Position numbers and translations under genes: made by a program. From NCBI GenBank assembly GCA_013265495.1, contig MU057503.1, positions 372,001-436,000 of the forward strand: DNA of 64,000 bases, given 5' to 3'. The notes beneath the pieces are model-generated. The model saw only the letters and a program-made list of their open reading frames with translations. It did no database searches and was not told the origin of the DNA. Positions 13,561 to 27,104 of the stretch are shown here, one piece after another. Every line of letters begins with the position of its first letter. Within the stretch, counting starts at the first letter, position 1. This DNA is from Vicugna vicugna. Its lineage: Eukaryota.

Positions 13561-14249
13561 TAATTTTAATGTAACATACAGAGAGAACTGATGAAAAATA
13601 CAAATAATATTTATCAGTTTGAAGTCTCTTTTATTTCGAATAAAAATTCGTAAATTAAAAAAAATCACTGAATACTATACTGCTCAAACTTAGAGAATTT
13701 AAGGATCTTTTATGGCCCATTTGTACCTACAATATTGACTATTTCCCTTTAATTTATAGGTAAATTCTGCTAATAATCTGCGTTTTTTTTAAAGCTCAAT
13801 TTTTTTGATATGCTTTCAGTATCTAGTAAGGATACTAACTATAAATTAAAATAAATAACCAATAGGTTGGGATCTGAGGTGAGAGTATTCAACCTGTGCA
13901 CAATCGAATAAATTCCCGATTTTTGATCATTAGGATTAGGAGGAGGGAACCTATCAGTTTTTAGCTTTGTATGCTACTCTCTTCCCTCATTATATTTTAA
14001 AAATGCAGTTCAGTGTTTCTGATATATGATCCCAATGATTAATATCATTACTGTATGTTCTTAATAAACTTTTTTTTAATTGGTAGTTAGCCTGTTGGTA
14101 TTTGTCTATGTATGTGTGTATTTTAATACATGTGATTAGATAAACTAAGTAATACCAAATAGAGCAAAAACCACTTTAGATACAAAACTGTTTACTATAC
14201 CTCTAAATCTAAATGTGATAATACTGTTTTTACATTTATAACTTTTATA

Positions 14250-14450
14250 AAAGATAAGAACCTAGGCTCAAATATTATATAAGTCTCGGTTTAAATTGTG
14301 GCCTTGTCATTTATTTGCAGTGTGTTCTTGCTCATATTACTCGCTACATCTGAAGCTTCAGTTTCCTCTTCTGTCAATTACATGATAATACGTGTGGTTA
14401 CTGTGGGAACGTGAGAGATAATACACATAAAACTGTTAATGCAGTGGCTT
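14250..14450 (+). mobile_element. MIR SINE
   Basis: cttcagtttcctcttctgt...gataata core. Confidence 0.6.
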
Positions 14451-15158
14451 CATCTCTGATTTTTCCTGTCATCATTATTGCAATAATCATCACCATTCTA
14501 TTCTCAGCTATTTTTGAGTGCTTAATATTTCACTGTTTCATGAATCTAATAGCACTTTACTGCTCATTCTTAAGAGCCACAGGGTCTAGAATTCACTTTG
14601 GTTTTCTCAGAACTGTTGATTTATTCTGATCTTGTTGGAATAATTTTCTACTTTAGAAAGTCTGAATCAGCCCTCTTCAGATGTTCTCGGTCTTTTATTG
14701 TAAAGATACATAACATATCGTATTTATTACAAACTAATGGTTAATGGGCTGTCTCTGAGTGAATAATACAGCATCTTGACCAAGGCTCTGTTAAATCACT
14801 GGCAGAATAAGTGAATTCAGATTTTGTCACAGTGGTAATTTTTGCTGTAACTCCAGATGATAATATGTTTTCCTTGTTTTTCATTCATAGTACTGAAAGA
14901 AGTTTAGCTCTTCAGATTTTATTTTGTTCATGATTGGACCAACTATTTTTGTAGCTAGAATTTTATGTTTGTGATTAGCTTAGTCATTTATACTAATTAC
15001 TTTAATTAAAAATACTATTCTTTTAAATAAATGATAATATTCCTAACTTGGGTGAGAAAATATATTTTTTTGAAATTTGAATCTGTTTGTTTATTTTCTG
15101 TTTGTATTTCCAGGAAGTATTTTACCTTTATAAATGAAGTTTTCTGTTTATTTTTTAG

Positions 15159-15219
15159 CATACCTCCAGATAACCTCTCTATTCAAGAATTTCAAAGAAA
15201 CGAAAGTATTGATGTTGAG
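15159..15219 (+). CDS. MON2: MON2 coding exon ([21 protein letters not shown])
   Basis: Acceptor ttttttag|C, donor GAG|gtaagg; 61 nt, phase 2-0. Confidence 0.95.
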
Positions 15220-16342
15220 GTAAGGAACCTATTTAAAACATTTTCCTGTGACTATTTCTGAAAACCAAATAGTTGAAATGTTGAAACTGTAAAGTTGCTA
15301 AAATAAAGTAATAGGCTGAGCTTGAACCTAAAAGCATTAAAACTCTCAGAAAGGTTAAAGTTTAATTTTTAAAGCACTTGACATTTTAAAAATGACTTTC
15401 TTACAGCTCTGTGCTTTGTGCATGTTGTGTAGATACTAGTTATGTCCATTTAATAATTTTAAAAAGCAGTTGATTTAGTAAAATAAATCCATCAGTCAGT
15501 GAACATGCATTTGAGAGCCTACTTTACAGTTTGACAAATCAAATGTTTGTAGTTCAAATTAATCAATAAGTTGCTTAGAATTTTCTATTTTAACCAAATG
15601 TAGAAGCAAATAAGTGTTTTTTAAAGAATATATTTTGCTGATATAAATGGAATTTAAAGAAGTAGTTGACTGTGGGTTTTTTTATTGGGGGGTTGCTTTA
15701 AATTTTTTTCCTTTGAAGTAGGATCGGGGACCTTTAAATAAGTCAAATTAATTATTAAATAAAGTGTACATGAAAAGCATAAATATCATACATAGATGCT
15801 AAATATTGCCTTTTGTCCCATTGCTATATTAACTCTTATAAACTCTGCTTCAGACTTTTCTTCTTTTCCTGCAAAAGTCAAAATAACACATTATATGTAA
15901 GAAATAAACTATTTAACAAAAATGAATATAACTTTACTTCCTCTTAATAACGCATTTTTATGGTTCTAAAAGGTGATTTAAGTCTTATTCTTAACCCTGT
16001 TTTGGATATTTTACTCTAATATGGATACATTTCATATACTGACTTTTTCTCTAGAAGTCTCTTTGCTTTTATGGTGTTGAAGATCAAAATTTGTTAAGGT
16101 TGTTGTATAGTAAACAGTTTATAGTATTGACTATTTTGTAATAAAGTTATTTACTAAAGCAGATGAGGGGAACAGACTGATTATCCTGCATGTTAACATT
16201 AAAATTCTTATGTAGTTCTATTAAGATTCTTTAACTGATTTTCCTGTAAAATAAAATTTAAATTTTACTCTAGAAATGATCATTTACATCAGTCTCTTTT
16301 GAGAGAAAAAAAATGCCTTTGAATTTGCCTCTTTGCTTTTAG

Positions 16343-16466
16343 GTAGTTCAGCTTATCAGCACTGAGATACTGCCTTATGCCAATTTTATTCCTAAGGAAT
16401 TTGTTGGTCAAATAATGACTATGCTTAATAAGGGCTCAATACATTCTCAGTCGTCTTCATTTACAG
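16343..16466 (+). CDS. MON2: MON2 coding exon ([41 protein letters not shown])
   Basis: Acceptor tgcttttag|GTA, donor CAG|gtatgt; 124 nt, phase 0-1. Confidence 0.93.
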
Positions 16467-17889
16467 GTATGTTATTTCAGTGATTTTTTTTTTTTAAAAT
16501 GTTAGTAAGTATTGAAATACTTTTGAAGAAGCTAACTGTAGAAATATTTACCCCTACGACTATGGTAAATGTAAACAGAAGAATGGCAAAGTTATTTTTA
16601 AGAATGTGATATAGAACATTAAGTTTTATGAGGGGAAAATGTAAATTTTCTGTGCATTATGTGTGATGAATTAAATTTTAAAGCAGTTACAGAATCCAGC
16701 TAAATCATTGCAGGCTGAAGTAAGTTACCAGTTTTGTGAAGTTATGGATTATGGGGAGGTAATAAGTCTATATTCTGTCACTTAGTAATTGGTTAATCTG
16801 TTGGTTAACTTAGTAATTGGTTAACTGTCAGTTTTGTCATCTGTAAAATGAAAATATTAATACCAACCTTTCAGGATTATAAATTACAGAGTTATTAGTC
16901 CATTGAAAAAAAGATGTCAATATTTGTTAAGGGAACTGACATTTAATGAATGACTACTATGTGTAGGATGTTATGCTAGAATATTAATCTCATTCCTCAC
17001 AACATTTCTGTAAGGATAGATTCTACCATATGACAGAAGGGGAAATGGGTTTAGAAAGGCTGAAAAATTACCCACAGTCTTAAGGCTGGAGACCAAAGTT
17101 TATCCATGAAAAGAACTACATGCTTCTTTTGATTATATCATGCCAACTTATTGGGAGATGATATATAATAAGTTGCTTTTTGCTATTATTTCTCTTTTTT
17201 AAACCTGTGGTCAAGTGTTAAATGTAATTGTGTCATCATCATGTGACTTTTTTTTTTTGGTAAGATGATTAAAAAATTCTAAACTTGTGCCATGTGTATC
17301 CTTACTCCCCAGAATTTACTGGAGATGTAACTAACCTACTAAACTGTGATGAACACTATCAAGAGCATTTAAGTGTACAGTCTGACCATGAGAGGTTTCT
17401 CACACTGTTTACTTCATAAGCTGGTTCTTTTTCCTAGCCCAGATAATTTTTAAAATTTATCTGGTAAAGTCTGAGTTTAACAAACATAGGAACCTCAAAG
17501 AAAAAAATTTTGAACTCCACTTATCTTAATGTAGTCAACCTTTTATCAAGAATATTAAAAAATATAGATAAATCTTCATGAAATATACTTTAAGAACAAT
17601 ATTTTAATTAGATATAGATATTCTAAGTTAAATGAGGACTACTGAGTGACCATGTGTACTTTTTCTAGCAGTTTTCTGACAGTAGCTCTTACCATTTATA
17701 ATATTAAATGTACCAAGATAGAAGGCACAGGTACATTCTACCAGTGACTTTGCCATAGGACACAATTTTCTCAGCTTTAACTTGGAGTTTTCTTTAAGCA
17801 TAAACATACAAATCCTTTCTTGCTAATAAACAAAACTGACCTATAAACACAGAGGTTCCAGTGATTATTTTTGGTCCTCTGCTCTTAAA

Positions 17890-19150
17890 TTTGATCTGAC
17901 AGCCAGAGCTCACAGACATTTGAGGAAATCCTCCAACATGAAAGAGAAAGACCAAAACAAATGAAAAGGGGATAAAAGAAACAGGGAAGAAAGAGATAAT
18001 ATACAGAACCATTGAAAACATGTATTTTTTAAAAATACAATTATAATTAGGATGCTCAGAGAGATAAAAGATTTTACATTCATGAAACAAGAAACGTGCT
18101 ATTACAACGGAGCAATCAGAACATGAAGGTGCGCATATAAACTAAAAATATGATAGCTGACATAAGTTCAATCAAGGGTTGGAAGTAAAGCAAAGACAAA
18201 CAAGTGGACAATATGAAAAGAAAGAAATAAAATGAATCCAAGGGATCTAATGTCCGACAATAGGTAAGAGAGAGTAGAAAGAAGCTAGGAGAGAAAATTA
18301 TCAAAGAAACAAACTGAAGATGTAAATATGCAGATTAAAAGTGATCACTAAGTACCCAGAAAAGGGAAGGAAAAAAGATTCATAATAAGGCCTGTCATCA
18401 TGAAGTATCAAAATATTAGGGATAAAGAGAAGATGCTAAAAGATTTCAGAAAGAAAATAAAAAGGTTTAACACAGAAGAGTTGTAGCAAAAGGACATTGG
18501 AATTCTCAGTAGCAACATTGATGCTGAAAGATTGAAAGATGCTGGAAGGCTGTGGTTTCTGAGTTATAAATGGAAAAGATTTTTAACATAGAGTTTTATA
18601 CCTAGGCCCACTGTTGGCCAAGTAGGAATGTAGAATGGTAGTTCTCAAATGTAAGCGTGCATTATAATCACCTAGAGGGAAGCCATTTCCATGATCTAAA
18701 CCCACAGTTTCTGGTTCAGTAGGTCTGCAGTGAGGCATGAGAATTTGCATTTCTAACATGTTCTCTGGCAATGCTGATGCTGCCTAGGAACCCCACTTTC
18801 AGTACCACAGTAAAATGACATTTTCGGAAATACAAGGTCTTAAAATTTCTACGTCCCATTCACTCCTCAGGTACTGCAGAATTTGCCCCATGAAAACAAA
18901 GGAGTAAGTCAGGAAAAGGGAAGGCATGAGATCTAGAAAGATACAACACAAGAAAGAATAAAAACAACTCACAGGGTGATGTCAAAGACTAGTTCTAGGA
19001 TATAGCTGGACAGCATGTTCAGAGAGCAACTAGTCCAGACTGGAGCAGAGGGCAGGGTCCAGGGAAGATGTTGCCAAGAGAAAAAGAGAATGGAAGAAAG
19101 AAACAGATTGTTCCAAACTTGACCATGTAGAAGACTGTTGAGAGGTATTC
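17890..19150 (+). mobile_element. Ancient L1ME/HAL1-like ORF1 remnant, interrupted by MER5A
   Basis: Purine-rich degenerate ORF1-type sequence (acagacatttgaggaaa...; gattaaaagtgatcactaagtaccca). Confidence 0.55.
18635..18810. mobile_element. MER5A-like hAT-Charlie DNA transposon
   Basis: gttctcaaa...ggttcagtaggtctg...agaatttgcatttctaaca...gctgatgctgc...cactttcagtaccac. Confidence 0.8.
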
Positions 19151-19425
19151 TGCAGTGCTGTTGAAGGGGCTAAAAAGACCAGGACGAGGAGAATGTTGAG
19201 TTCCAGAGATGAGAGTGGACAGTCTTGCCTTGTTTTTGATCTTGCAAGGGGGAAAATTATCTGTTTGATACATATATGTGTATATTTATATACATGCTAT
19301 TACCTCTAAGTTTTTCACGATACTTTTTATCAGGGAATTTCCTTCTATTCCTAGTTTGCTAAGAGTTGTTTCATTAAGGTGTATTAGCGCATTGTATTAA
19401 CCATCAAAAATTGTTAATTCTACAG

Positions 19426-19633
19426 AAGCAGAGATTGATATTCGTTTGAGAGAAGAATTTTCTAAAATGTGTTTTGAAACATTGCTCCAGTTTTCCTTCA
19501 GTAATAAAGTCACAACACCTCAAGAAGGCTACATTTCACGAATGGCACTCTCAGTGCTTCTAAAGAGATCTCAAGATGTACTACATCGTTATATAGAGGA
19601 TGAAAGATTAAGTGGTAAATGCCCTCTTCCAAG
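19426..19633 (+). CDS. MON2: MON2 coding exon ([70 protein letters not shown])
   Basis: Acceptor ctacag|AAG (tandem NAG acceptors), donor AAG|gtacat; 208 nt, phase 1-2. Confidence 0.93.
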
Positions 19634-21574
19634 GTACATGTATATGTGTATTTTTAAGTAAAGAAGGAATTAACTCTCATAGTTAATAATTTTTTAAAAA
19701 ACTCTGAAAATCAAGTGTTTTCATAGGTGATCTGAGCTTAACCTGAGGCTGTTTATAATTTTTAGTCCATACAATGTAAATTTCCAAAGTTTGCTGCAGA
19801 TATATCAATGTGTTTATCATGCGGTGCTTTCCAGACTAGTTGTGGAGAGTAAGTAACATATGATATATATGCCAAATTACTTACTTGAATTTGAAAAGAA
19901 ATCAAAGTCTAAAATACATGTTCTCAAGGATTTCTGGGTAAGGACTTGTGGATCTGTATGAACACAGATCATGACTGTGGATCTCTCTAGAGATAATAGA
20001 TAAATCATATTCTCTGAACTTCCTGGTTTATTTTATAATCATTTGTAGGTTTCTCCATAAGTCCTCTGCCATATCTCAGATCTTCTTTTCATCCAGTTTG
20101 CTTTATTAAGTCCTTGTATCCAAACTGCTTTGCTTCTCATTTAGTCAAGCCATGCCAGTTGAAGGGGCTCTGGGTCTTTCTGCTAAACCAAGGCTAATCA
20201 AAGTTGGGGTATAGATCAGAATTTATCAAAAAATGCAATCATAAATTAGGGTTATGTTGCCAATCTATTTTTTAATGTGGAAGTTAGAGTTTAAGGCAAA
20301 GCAAATGAAGCAGATAGAAAACAATATTGGAAGACAAAGTTATCAAAGTCAGGAAAGAGAAAAATCATTGTGGGTCCCATCTTATAAGGTAGTATTGAAA
20401 AGGTGAATCACTGACCCTGAATCTTTGTGTACTTTCTTAGTTACTTAGAATAAATCCCCGGAGTTGGCATTGACCTGTCAAGAGATTCAGACAGTTTAAA
20501 AACTTTGATATGTATTACATATTGCCTGTTAGAGACTTCTGCTAATTCATATTATCCCAGGAATATTGAACATCCTTTTTCCTCAAGTTTTGGCAGTTTA
20601 AAATTATTTGCCATTTGATGAATGAAAAAATAACAACATAGTAGTTTGATTTCTTAAAAATTTTCGGTTTTGTAAGTTGCTTTGTTTGGAATATTTTCAT
20701 TAGATTATAAGATATTATTTGATTTCAGAAAGCAACTTTTCCTTTATTTTTGTTTTGTTTACTCTATTGCTTTTAAATTGAGTCTTAACAGTTGTTACAG
20801 TGTATCATCCTATGTTTGATGCAGTATTACTACATTATTTTCTAAAACACTACACTGCAACACAATAAAATACTTACAAAAGGAGGCTTGGAATAAGTAC
20901 CCTGTCGTGGTATTAGGAAAGTTTTATCTGTTGAATGATAACACAGATTAGGGTTAGGGTGTAGGGGAAGACTGGAGGGTAGAAGAGCCATTTCTGCAGG
21001 AGAAAGAAGGAAATCAAACTACTCTTATGGATCCTTTACTCCAAGCTCATTCTTCATTGCTAATGTCTCAAATAGTGTCAACTTCGGATTGATCTTGAGC
21101 CTATTTCTTACTTGTTATATTATAAGGTTAAATAAGTACTGTTATAATTTTAAAGATACTTTTGACAGCATGATGAAATATGTGCCAGGAGGTAATAGTA
21201 GTCTTTATTTCCATTTAAGCTTTGGCAAGTCCCTTTTGTACTAATTAGTTAAAAACAAACAAACAAAAAAAACCTTTTGTAGAAATTGTAAAAGCATATC
21301 TTATATATTGTTTTACTTTTAAGTAGTTAATGAAATATCTTACAAATAAATTTATACTTATATGAGTAGATTGCCTTTCCCCCCATTTTAATGTTGATAA
21401 CTTATAGTTAGAATAACTATAAATCTTATTTGCACACTGAAGTACATGTTAAATGAAATGATTTTCTTTTATAAGAATTTAAAACTATATTAACTTTGCA
21501 TTGTCTCGTGTTCAGTATTTTCCAAAGTGTGTCTATTTATATAACTTAGTAAAAAATACACATGGCATAATTTT

Positions 21575-23977
21575 AAATTTTTTTTTTACATTTTTTATTG
21601 AGTTGTAATCATTTTACAATGCTGTGTCAAATTCCAGTGTAGAGCACAATTTTTCAGTTATACATGAATATACATATATTCAATGTCACATTTTTTTCCA
21701 CAGTGAGCTACCGCAAGATCTTGTATATATTTCCCTGTACTATACAGTATAATCTTGTTTATCTATTCTGCATGTGCCTTTCAGTATCTACAAATTTTGA
21801 AATCCCAGCCTGTCCCTTCCCACCCCCTGCCCCCTTGGCAACCACAAATTTGTGTTCTATGTCTGGGAGTCTGTTTCTGTTTTGTATTTATGTTTTTTTT
21901 TGTTTTTGTTTTTGTTTTTTTTTTTGGAGTACACATATGAGTGATCTCATATGGTATTTTTCTTTCTCTTTCTGGCTTACTTACTTAGAATGACATTCTC
22001 CAGGGACATCCATGTTGCTACAAATGGCATTATGTTGTCATTTTTATGGCTGAATAGTATTCCATTATATAAATATACCACCTCTTCTTTATCCAGTCAT
22101 CTGTTGACAGACATTTAGGCTGTTTCCATGTCTTGGCTATTGTAAATAGTGCTGCTATGAACATCAGGGTACAGGTGTCTTTTTGAAGTAGGGTTCCTTC
22201 TGGATATATGCCCAGGAGTGGGATTCCTGGGTCATATGGTAAGTCTATTCCTAGTCTTTTGAGGAATCTCCATACTGTTTTCCATAATGGCTGCACCAAC
22301 CTGCATTCCCACCAGCAGTGTAGGAGGGTTCCCTTTTCTCCACAGCCTCTCCAGCATTTGTCATTTGTGGATTTTTGAATGATGGCCATTCTGACTGGTG
22401 TGAGGTGATACCTCATTGTAGTTTTGATTTGCATTTCTCTGATAATTAGTGATACTGAGCATTTTTTCATGTACCCGTTGATCATTTGTATTTCTTCCTT
22501 GGAGAATTACTTGTTTAGGTTTTCTGCCCATTTTTGGATTGGGTTGTTTGTTTTTTTCTTACTAAGCTGTATGAGCTGCTTATATATTCTGGAGATCAAG
22601 CGTTTGTCGATTTCAGCATTTGCAAAAATTTTTTCCTATTCTGTAGGCTGTCATTTTGTTTTACTTATGGTTTCCTTTGCTGTGCAGAAGCTTGTAAGTT
22701 TCATTAGGTCCCATTTGTTTATTCTTGCTTTTATTTCTATTGCTTGGGTAGACTGCCCTAGAAGAACATTTTTGAGATGTATGTGAGATAATGTTTTGCC
22801 TATGTTTTCTTCTAGGAGATTTATTATATCTTGTCTTATGTTTAAGTCTTTGATCCATTTTGAGTTTATTTTTGTGTATGGTGTAAAGGAGTGTCCTAGC
22901 TTCATTGATTTACATGCTGCTGTCCAGTTTTCCCAACACCATTTGCTGAAGAGACTGTCTTTATTCCATTGTATATTCTTGCCTCCTTTGTCAAAGATTA
23001 GTTGACCAAAAGTTTGTGGGTTCATTTCTGGGCTCTCTGTTCTGTTCCATTGGTCCATATGTCTGTTTTTGTACCAATACCATGCTGTCTTGATGACTGT
23101 AGCTCTGTAGTATTGTCTGAAGTCTGGGAGAGTTATTCCTCCAGCCTCTTTCTTTTTCTTCAGTAATGCTTTGGCAAGTCTAGGTCTTTTGTGGTTCCAT
23201 ATAAATTTTATTATGATTTGTTCTAGTTCTGTGAAATATGTCCTGGGTGATTTGATAGGGATTGCCTTGGGCAGTGTGACCATTTTAATATTGATTCTTC
23301 CAATCCAGGAGCATGGGAGATCTTTCCATTTTTTCAAGTCTTCTTTAGTTTCCTTCACCAGTGGTTTATAGTTTTCCACATATAAGTCTTTCACCTCCTT
23401 GGTTAGATTTGTTCCTAGGTAATTTTATTAGTTTGGGTGCTATTTTAAAGGGGATTGTTTCTTTACTTTCTTTTTCTGTTGATTCATTGTTAGTGTAAAG
23501 AAATGCAACTGATTTTTGAACGTTAATCTTGTAACCTGCTACCTTGATGAATTCTTTGATTAGTTTTAGTAGTTTTTGTGTGGAACTTTCAGGGGTTTCT
23601 ATATATAGTATCATCTCATATGCATATAGTGACACTTTAACCTCTTCTTTTCCAATTTGGATCCCTTTAATTTCTCTCTCTTGCCTGATTGCTGTGGCTA
23701 GGACTTCCAAGACTGTGTTGAATAGGAGTGGTGATAGTGGGCAGCCTTGTCTTGTCCCAGATTTTAGTGGGAAGCTTTTGAGTTTTTCACCGTTGAGTAC
23801 TATGTGGGCTGTAGGTTTGTCATATAGAGTGTTTATTATGTTGAGATATATCCTCTCTATATCCACTTTGGTGAGAGTTTTTATCATAAGTGGGTGTTGA
23901 ATTTTAGCGAATGCTTTTTCTGCATCTATTGAGATGATCATGTGGTTTTTGTCCTTTCTCTTGTTAATGTGATGTAT
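21575..23977 (-). mobile_element. Relatively young 5'-truncated L1 (ORF2 RT/C-terminal fragments plus 3' UTR)
   Basis: Minus-strand ORFs 23366..23941, 22651..23394 and 22030..22485 are frameshifted L1 ORF2 pieces ([19 protein letters not shown]); poly(T) at the left end. Confidence 0.97.
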
Positions 23978-24172
23978 TAACTATAAATCTTATTTGCACA
24001 CTGAAGTAGGTGTTAATGAAATGATTTTCTTTTATAAGAATTTAAAACTATATCAACTTTGCATTGTCTTGTGTTCAGTATTTTCTAAAGTATGTCTGTT
24101 TGTGTAACTTAGTAAAAAAAAATACATATTTTAAAATCTTGATGGAAATAATTTCCCATCTTTTTTTTTCAG

Positions 24173-24255
24173 ACAACAAGTAACAGAAATCATATTTGTT
24201 TTAAAAGCAGTCAGTACTCTCATTGATTCACTTAAGAAAACTCAGCCTGAAAATG
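24173..24255 (+). CDS. MON2: MON2 penultimate coding exon ([27 protein letters not shown])
   Basis: Acceptor tttttttcag|A, donor ATG|gtaagt; 83 nt, phase 2-1. Confidence 0.95.
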
Positions 24256-24480
24256 GTAAGTGCTTAGAAACTCAGTTATTCTAAACTCATAACATTTTTG
24301 TTCTATTTGCAATGTATTTTTGTATTGTTATTATTAAGTTAACTGAATTTTAGGAACATAACAGCTATAAGGCTTTTTCCCTCAGACCTTATGATAGCAA
24401 AGCATCAGGTCCATTAGTATGTCAATTAAGTAAAATTACTTTGTAATATTTTCCTTATTTCAAACAAATTTGACTTTTTT

Positions 24481-27104
24481 CCCCACCAGCTTTGAGATAT
24501 AGTTGACATGGAGCATTAAGTTGAAAATACACAACTTGTGGATTTGATACACTTTTATATTGCAATATGTTTACCATGGTGATTTTCACCCAGGAATACT
24601 CTATCCAGCAAAGTTCTCCTTCAGAAGTGGAGGAGAAACAGTCTTTCCCAGACAGACCAGCTAAGGCAGTTCATCAACCCCAGACTGCCTCATTCACACC
24701 TCATTTACATCACATAATTATCATTTTTTTTTGTGTGGTGAGAACATTTAAAATTTACTCTTAGCAATTTTCAAGTATATAATACAGTATTATTAACTGT
24801 AATCACCATGCTGTATATTAGATGCCCAGAACTTCTTCATCTTATAACTAGAAGTTTGTACCCTTTGACTAACTGCTCATTTCCCCATCCCTCCCAGACC
24901 TTGGCAACCACCATTCTACTTTCTGTTTCTATGAGTTCAGCTTTTTTAGAGTCCACATAAAGGCGATATTTGTCTTTCTCTGTGTGACATTTCTCTTAGC
25001 ATAATGAATGCCCTTGGGTCCACTCCATTATCTCAGATGGCAGGATTTTCTTCTTTCTTGTGGTTGAGTAATATTTCTTTGTGTGTGTGTGTGTGTGTAT
25101 GTATATATGTGTATGTATATATATGTATGTGTGTGTATATATGTGTGTATATAATATATATACACATACCATATCTTCTTTATCCATTCATCCTTTGATG
25201 AATTTGTTACCAAATTGAAATAGCTAAAGTTATTTTTACTGCTTTTCCCCCTTTAACCTTTATTTTGTAATGAAGTATTTGAAAGATTCTGTCTGTATTT
25301 ATCATCTTATTCAGTGTTTTGTGTACTTTGACCTTTTCATTTTAAGTAGAAGGGCTCCTTTCAACATTTCTTGTAAGGCAGTCTGGGGTTGATGAACTGC
25401 CTTAGCTGGTTTGTCTGGGAAGGACTGTTTCTCCTCCATTTCTGAAGGAGAACTTTGCTGGATAGAGTATTCCTGGGTGATAGTTTTTAATCTTTCAATA
25501 TTTTGAGTATGTCATTCCATTCTCTGTTGGCCTGTAGAATTTCTGCTGAGAAATCTGCTGATAGTCTACCTAATGGTAGGTTACCACTTTTTTCGCTAGA
25601 TGCCTTTAAAATTCCTTCTTTGTCATTGATTTTTTTAGTTTTAATATAATGTGTCTTGGGAGAAGGTCTGTTTGCATTGACGTGTTCTCTTAGCTTCATG
25701 GACTTGAATATCCAGTTCCTTCCCCAGGTTTAAGAAGTTCTCAGGTATTATTTCTTTAAATAAACTCTCTATTCCCTTCTCTTCTCTCTTCTTGGGTTAG
25801 TTCTTGTAAAATTTCTTCACTTTTTCTTATGTCTTTGTTTTCTGTCCTCTTCTACCTGTATAATTTCTCAGTTTTTACCTTTGAGCTAGCTAATTCTGTC
25901 TTGCATGTGGTCTGCTCTGTTTCCAGTATGTTCTTATGCATTCTTCATCTTGTTTATTGAGTTCTTCAGCTCCAGAATTTCTGTTTGGTTCTTTTTTAGA
26001 GTTTCAGCCTCTTTGGTAACATATTTCTTTGTTCGTTAATTTTATTCCTGAGCTCATCGAACTGCTTTTCTGGGTTTTCTTGTAGCTTGTTGAATCTCTT
26101 TGTGACAGCTATTTTGAATTCTATCAGTTAGATTACAGTAAAGTTAGGCTTCTGGAGAAAGGTCATTTTCTTTTGTGGTACCGTATTACTGTCATTTTTC
26201 ATGGTGCTTGATGAGATGTTCCTCTGCCGATATATTTGAGGTAACAAACACCTTTTTTCTTTAGTAAAGCTTCTTTTTGATTTGATTCTATTTAACAGGT
26301 TAGTAATTAGAGGCCTTTCTTTAGTTTTTCAGTAGGTGGCACTGTAGCACAAGTTTTTGGTTTGCCTTACCTGAGCTGCCTGTGGTTATTTTTGAGAACT
26401 GGCACTTTCCACCCTCTACTGTCTCTTGTAGGAGTGTTGCCTGGTGTCCTTGTTGTCACTGCTTATGCTTATGGGGTTGCTGGTACCTTGCTGCTGCCAG
26501 TGTTGCTGCTGTCACTGGCATCACTGCTTAGGGCACTGGGATAGCAGGGTCTCCACCACGTCCAGGATCTCCTGGGTCCATGCTTCTGGGTCCACTGCAG
26601 TGGGGCAAGGGGATGGATGATCTGTGGAGCTGGGGTCCTGGGTCCTTCTGCCACATCCGGAGTTAGTTTCATGGTTGCTGCTGCTGTGGGCAGATGAGCC
26701 AGTGTCATGTGTGCCTCCATGACTAGAGGGATGACGTCCCAAGCCCTGGTGTGGCCTGGTTCCCCGTAGCCTTGGCCACAGCTGTGGCTGAGAAGCCTGA
26801 GTAATGTGCGTCACCTCCCCCACTGCTGTTAGGTTTTCTGGGGCTGTGGGTTCAGCTGCTGGGGCTGGAGATCCAGGATTTCAGGCACCACCTGCAGTGT
26901 TACCCCAGATCTGCCTCCTCTGTGTGTTTCAGTCCACCCACCCTTATGTACACATGTACAGATGTGTGGAATTCTCTGGAGCCCCGGTGTATTGGGCAGA
27001 GACACTTTTGTTGAGTTATGGTTGTTTTACTGGTGGTAGATTGAAGAAGGGAAGAGACAAAGGGAGCCTCTCACACCACGCTGACGCTGACTTCACTCTC
27101 TGGC
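24481..27104 (-). mobile_element. L1 with 5' UTR, ORF1 and 3' UTR but lacking essentially all of ORF2 (HAL1-like or internally deleted)
   Basis: 3' UTR 24481-~25200; ORF1 fragment (RLSADFSAEILQANREWNDILKILK, 25487-25699); GC-rich 5' UTR ~26300-27100; TSD TGACTTTTTT at 24471 and 27105. Confidence 0.8.
25080..25170. repeat. Compound (TG)/(TA) microsatellite within the L1
   Basis: Directly visible. Confidence 0.9.

Noticed and set aside
16341..16348. AG|GTAGTT as a recursive splice site or +4 alternative acceptor
   Set aside because: Weak donor match, and the +4 acceptor would frameshift; no support from sequence alone.
16780..16824. Short duplication of ACTTAGTAATTGGTTAA
   Set aside because: Small slippage event inside a MIR-like remnant, with no functional indication.
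22030..23941. Reverse-transcriptase-like ORFs as a novel gene
   Set aside because: Frameshifted LINE-1 ORF2 fragments; the + strand ORFs here are antisense shadows.
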